Positions 61,501-64,000 of a stretch of DNA of 64,000 bases are shown here, one piece after another. How positions within the stretch are numbered: position 1 is the stretch's first letter; every line of letters begins with the position of its first letter. A program made the position numbers and the translations under genes. Under the pieces are notes generated by a model. That model did not search any database, had not been told where the DNA came from, and was given only the letters and a program-made list of their open reading frames with translations. This stretch comes from Takakia lepidozioides (lineage: Eukaryota > Plantae > Bryophyta), in NCBI GenBank assembly GCA_030704615.1, contig CM060734.1, positions 9,858,001-9,922,000 on the forward strand, read 5' to 3'.

Positions 61501-64000
61501 CCCTCCCTTCGGCACGTAGAGACACTTTTTCTTATACCGGACCAGTCCATTTTGCAAGTGGAACTGCGATTTAACCCCCATCCTCAAGTCTTGCATCACG
61601 GACTTCGCCAGCTCATTCTTCCGGCAAGCCTGCCGGATCTTCCTTTGGAGCGCCGTCTCGCCCCTATGCACCAACATGAGCTGCTGCTTTCTACTTAAAG
61701 CATCGGCCACCACATTGTCCCGTCCCGGTTTGTACTGGATATCCACGTCGAACACCGCCAAAGTATCTTGCCACCTAAGTTGTTTTGGGGACAACTTGGG
61801 CTGCGTGGCAAAATACTTCACCGTGACATAATCTGTGAACACCTTCACTGGGTTGGAACCAACATAGTGGCGCCAAAGCTCAAGGCAATGCATCACCGCC
61901 TTCATCTCTTTTTTGTGCGTCGGCCACCGTCGCTCCAATTCATTCAGTTTCTTACTTTCATAAGCCACTGGACGTCCATCTTGCATAAGTACACCCCCAA
62001 TCGCGAAGTCCGATGCATCTGTATGAATCTCAAACGGACGATCGAACTCGGGGATTTTCAAGACTGGAGCTTCCGCCATCCGCTGCTTCAATTCAGCAAA
62101 AGCTTGGCCACAAAAAGTATTCCATGCCCAGACTTTGGATTTACACAGAAGGTCGGACAGCGGCCCCGCGATCTTGGCGAAATTTCTCACATACTTCCGG
62201 TAATAGGAGGCGAGTCCTAGGAAGGATCGCACTCCCGGGACCGAAATCGGAGGCTCTCAGTCCAAGATCGCCCTCACCTTTCTGTCATCCATTTTGATCC
62301 CATCCTGTGTAATCACATGCCCCAAGAACTCCACTTTCGTGACCCCGAATTCGCACTTTGAAGCTTTGGCGTACAGCTTCCCTTCCCGCAATTTTTGGAA
62401 CACCCTTTTGAGGTGCTCCAGGTGCTCCTCCTTTGTTTTCGAGTACACCAAGATGTCGTCGATGTACACGATCACAAAGTCATCCAACCACTCCTGAAAA
62501 AGGCTGTTCATTAGCGTGCTAAAGGTCGCAGGTGCATTGGTGAGCCCAAAAGGCATCACCAAGAACTCATATGAACCATACCTTGTCCTGCTCGCGGTCT
62601 TCTCCTCATCTCCTTCCGCCACCCGAATTTGATGGTAGCTGGAGCGCAAGTCGATCCGGCTGAAGTACTTTGCTCCTGCCAACCGGTCGAAATCTTCGTC
62701 GATCCTTGGCAAAGGGTACCGGTTTTTAATAGTCACCTTATTCAGAGCCCTGTAATCGACACACATCCGCAACGTCCCATCCTTCTTGTCTGCGAATAGC
62801 ACCGGGGCTCCGTAAGGTGACTTACTCGGTCGGATGTACCCCTTTGACATTAGATCCTTGAGCTGAGTCTTCAGCTCGACCAACTCTCTGTGGCTCAACC
62901 GGTAGGGCGCCTTGGCAGGCGGTTCCGATCCCGGTATCACCTCAATCTTGTGGTCAACTCCTCTTCGCGGTGGCAAGCCGCTTGGTAAATCCTCCGGCAT
63001 CACATCTTGGTATTTCTCCAAAATCCCCTTGATCCAATCTGGGCTCGGCTCCCCATCGCCTTCTCCCTTCACTTCTCTAATGTAAAGCAAAAACTGGGGC
63101 TCGTGTGCCTCCTCCGCGGCCCACTCCCTTGCTGACAGAAGGTTTATTCGCCCTCCCACGGATTTGGGCGTTTCCGATACCCGTAAGACCTCGCCACCAT
63201 TCCAACATGGCAGTGTGACTACTCTCTTGCGGCCATCTATGACCGCTCCGGATTTGCTCAAAAAGGTCATCCCCAAAATGAGATCCACTCCATCGATCTC
63301 GCAGATGATGAAGTTCTCACGTCCCTGCCAACTCCCTAGTTGAAGAGGAACATCGAACGCCAACCTTGTCGCCAGCTGAGGTTCTCCTTTAGCAGAACGC
63401 ACCTCAATAGAGGCCCCCACGTCACTTGTCGAGAGTCCCAGCTTTTGTGCCGTTGCCGGTGTCATGAAGGAGTGCAACGCTCCTGTGTCCACCAACAATG
63501 ACACGTTAGTTCCGGATATTATCCCATCCACGAACAGTAACTGACTCCCTTTACGTAAGGCGTCAGTTTCCTGATACAACTCACAAGAAAATGTGCCTAC
63601 CTTGCAAGTCCTGGCGACCACCGCTTCCACCAGGCGACTGATGGTATCTTCTGACAGCTCTGTGGTCGCCCGAGTCATGTTCAACTGTCGGGGCTTCGTG
63701 CACTTCTTGGCCATGTGCCCAGGCTCCCCGCAATTGAAACACACTCCATCAAAGGTCGCCTTCTGTCCGCCATAAGCCGCTGCACCTGCTTTTCCTTTCG
63801 GAGCACCAGGTGCCGCCTTGACGTGTGAAGGCCCTCCCTTCGATTTCCACGTGCCATTATCGCCGCGTGGCCTATCCCACTTCTTTTCCGGTCGGAAAGA
63901 GTCACCTTCCCGCCAGGCCTTCTTGTGGTTCAGCTCCGTACGGCCTTGTCTTTCACCCCTAGGGACATCCGAGAAACATTCCGCCCTCTCAATTGCCTCG
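58574..64000 (-). mobile_element. Second copy of the Galadriel-like chromovirus (runs off the window end)
   Basis: 3' LTR 58574-59295 (TGTCGC...GCGACA), with the same 3' UTR and pol as copy 1. Confidence 0.97.
60199..64000 (-). pseudogene. Gag-Pol of chromovirus copy 2 with a premature stop
   Basis: Collinear with 26664-31226. TGG>TGA at ~62257 (AILD-W becomes AILD-stop) at the RT/RNase H junction. Confidence 0.93.

Overview
Repeat-rich eukaryotic nuclear DNA with GT-AG introns, PLS-type PPR fragments and plant transposon families. It is most likely from a land plant, possibly a non-seed one (inference). No intact host gene is present. Main contents: (1) scrambled host-gene fragments (KAS III/FabH, kinesin-12 motor, a receptor-like kinase piece) and a decayed hAT transposase; (2) several degenerate copies of an apparent fusion of tandem OSB-type PDF ssDNA-binding motifs with PLS-class PPR repeats; (3) a nested stack in which a gypsy gag remnant is cut by a CACTA element, whose transposase is split by a complete, very young chromovirus (25036-32006, TTGAC target-site duplication), with a second chromovirus copy from 58574 off the window end; (4) a ~10 kb Mutator-like element (~44400-54670) whose DDE/SWIM transposase lies head-to-head with a spliced cargo gene ending in a beta-class N6-adenine/N4-cytosine DNA methyltransferase-like domain, with GGCGCC-centred palindromic repeat arrays and an internal inversion; (5) a spliced Zn-finger + 2OG-Fe(II) dioxygenase-like pseudogene at ~56300-58170. 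The transposon-borne amino-methyltransferase and the PDF-PPR fusion are the best candidates for undescribed systems. All protein calls rest on motif recognition by eye, with no database searches.
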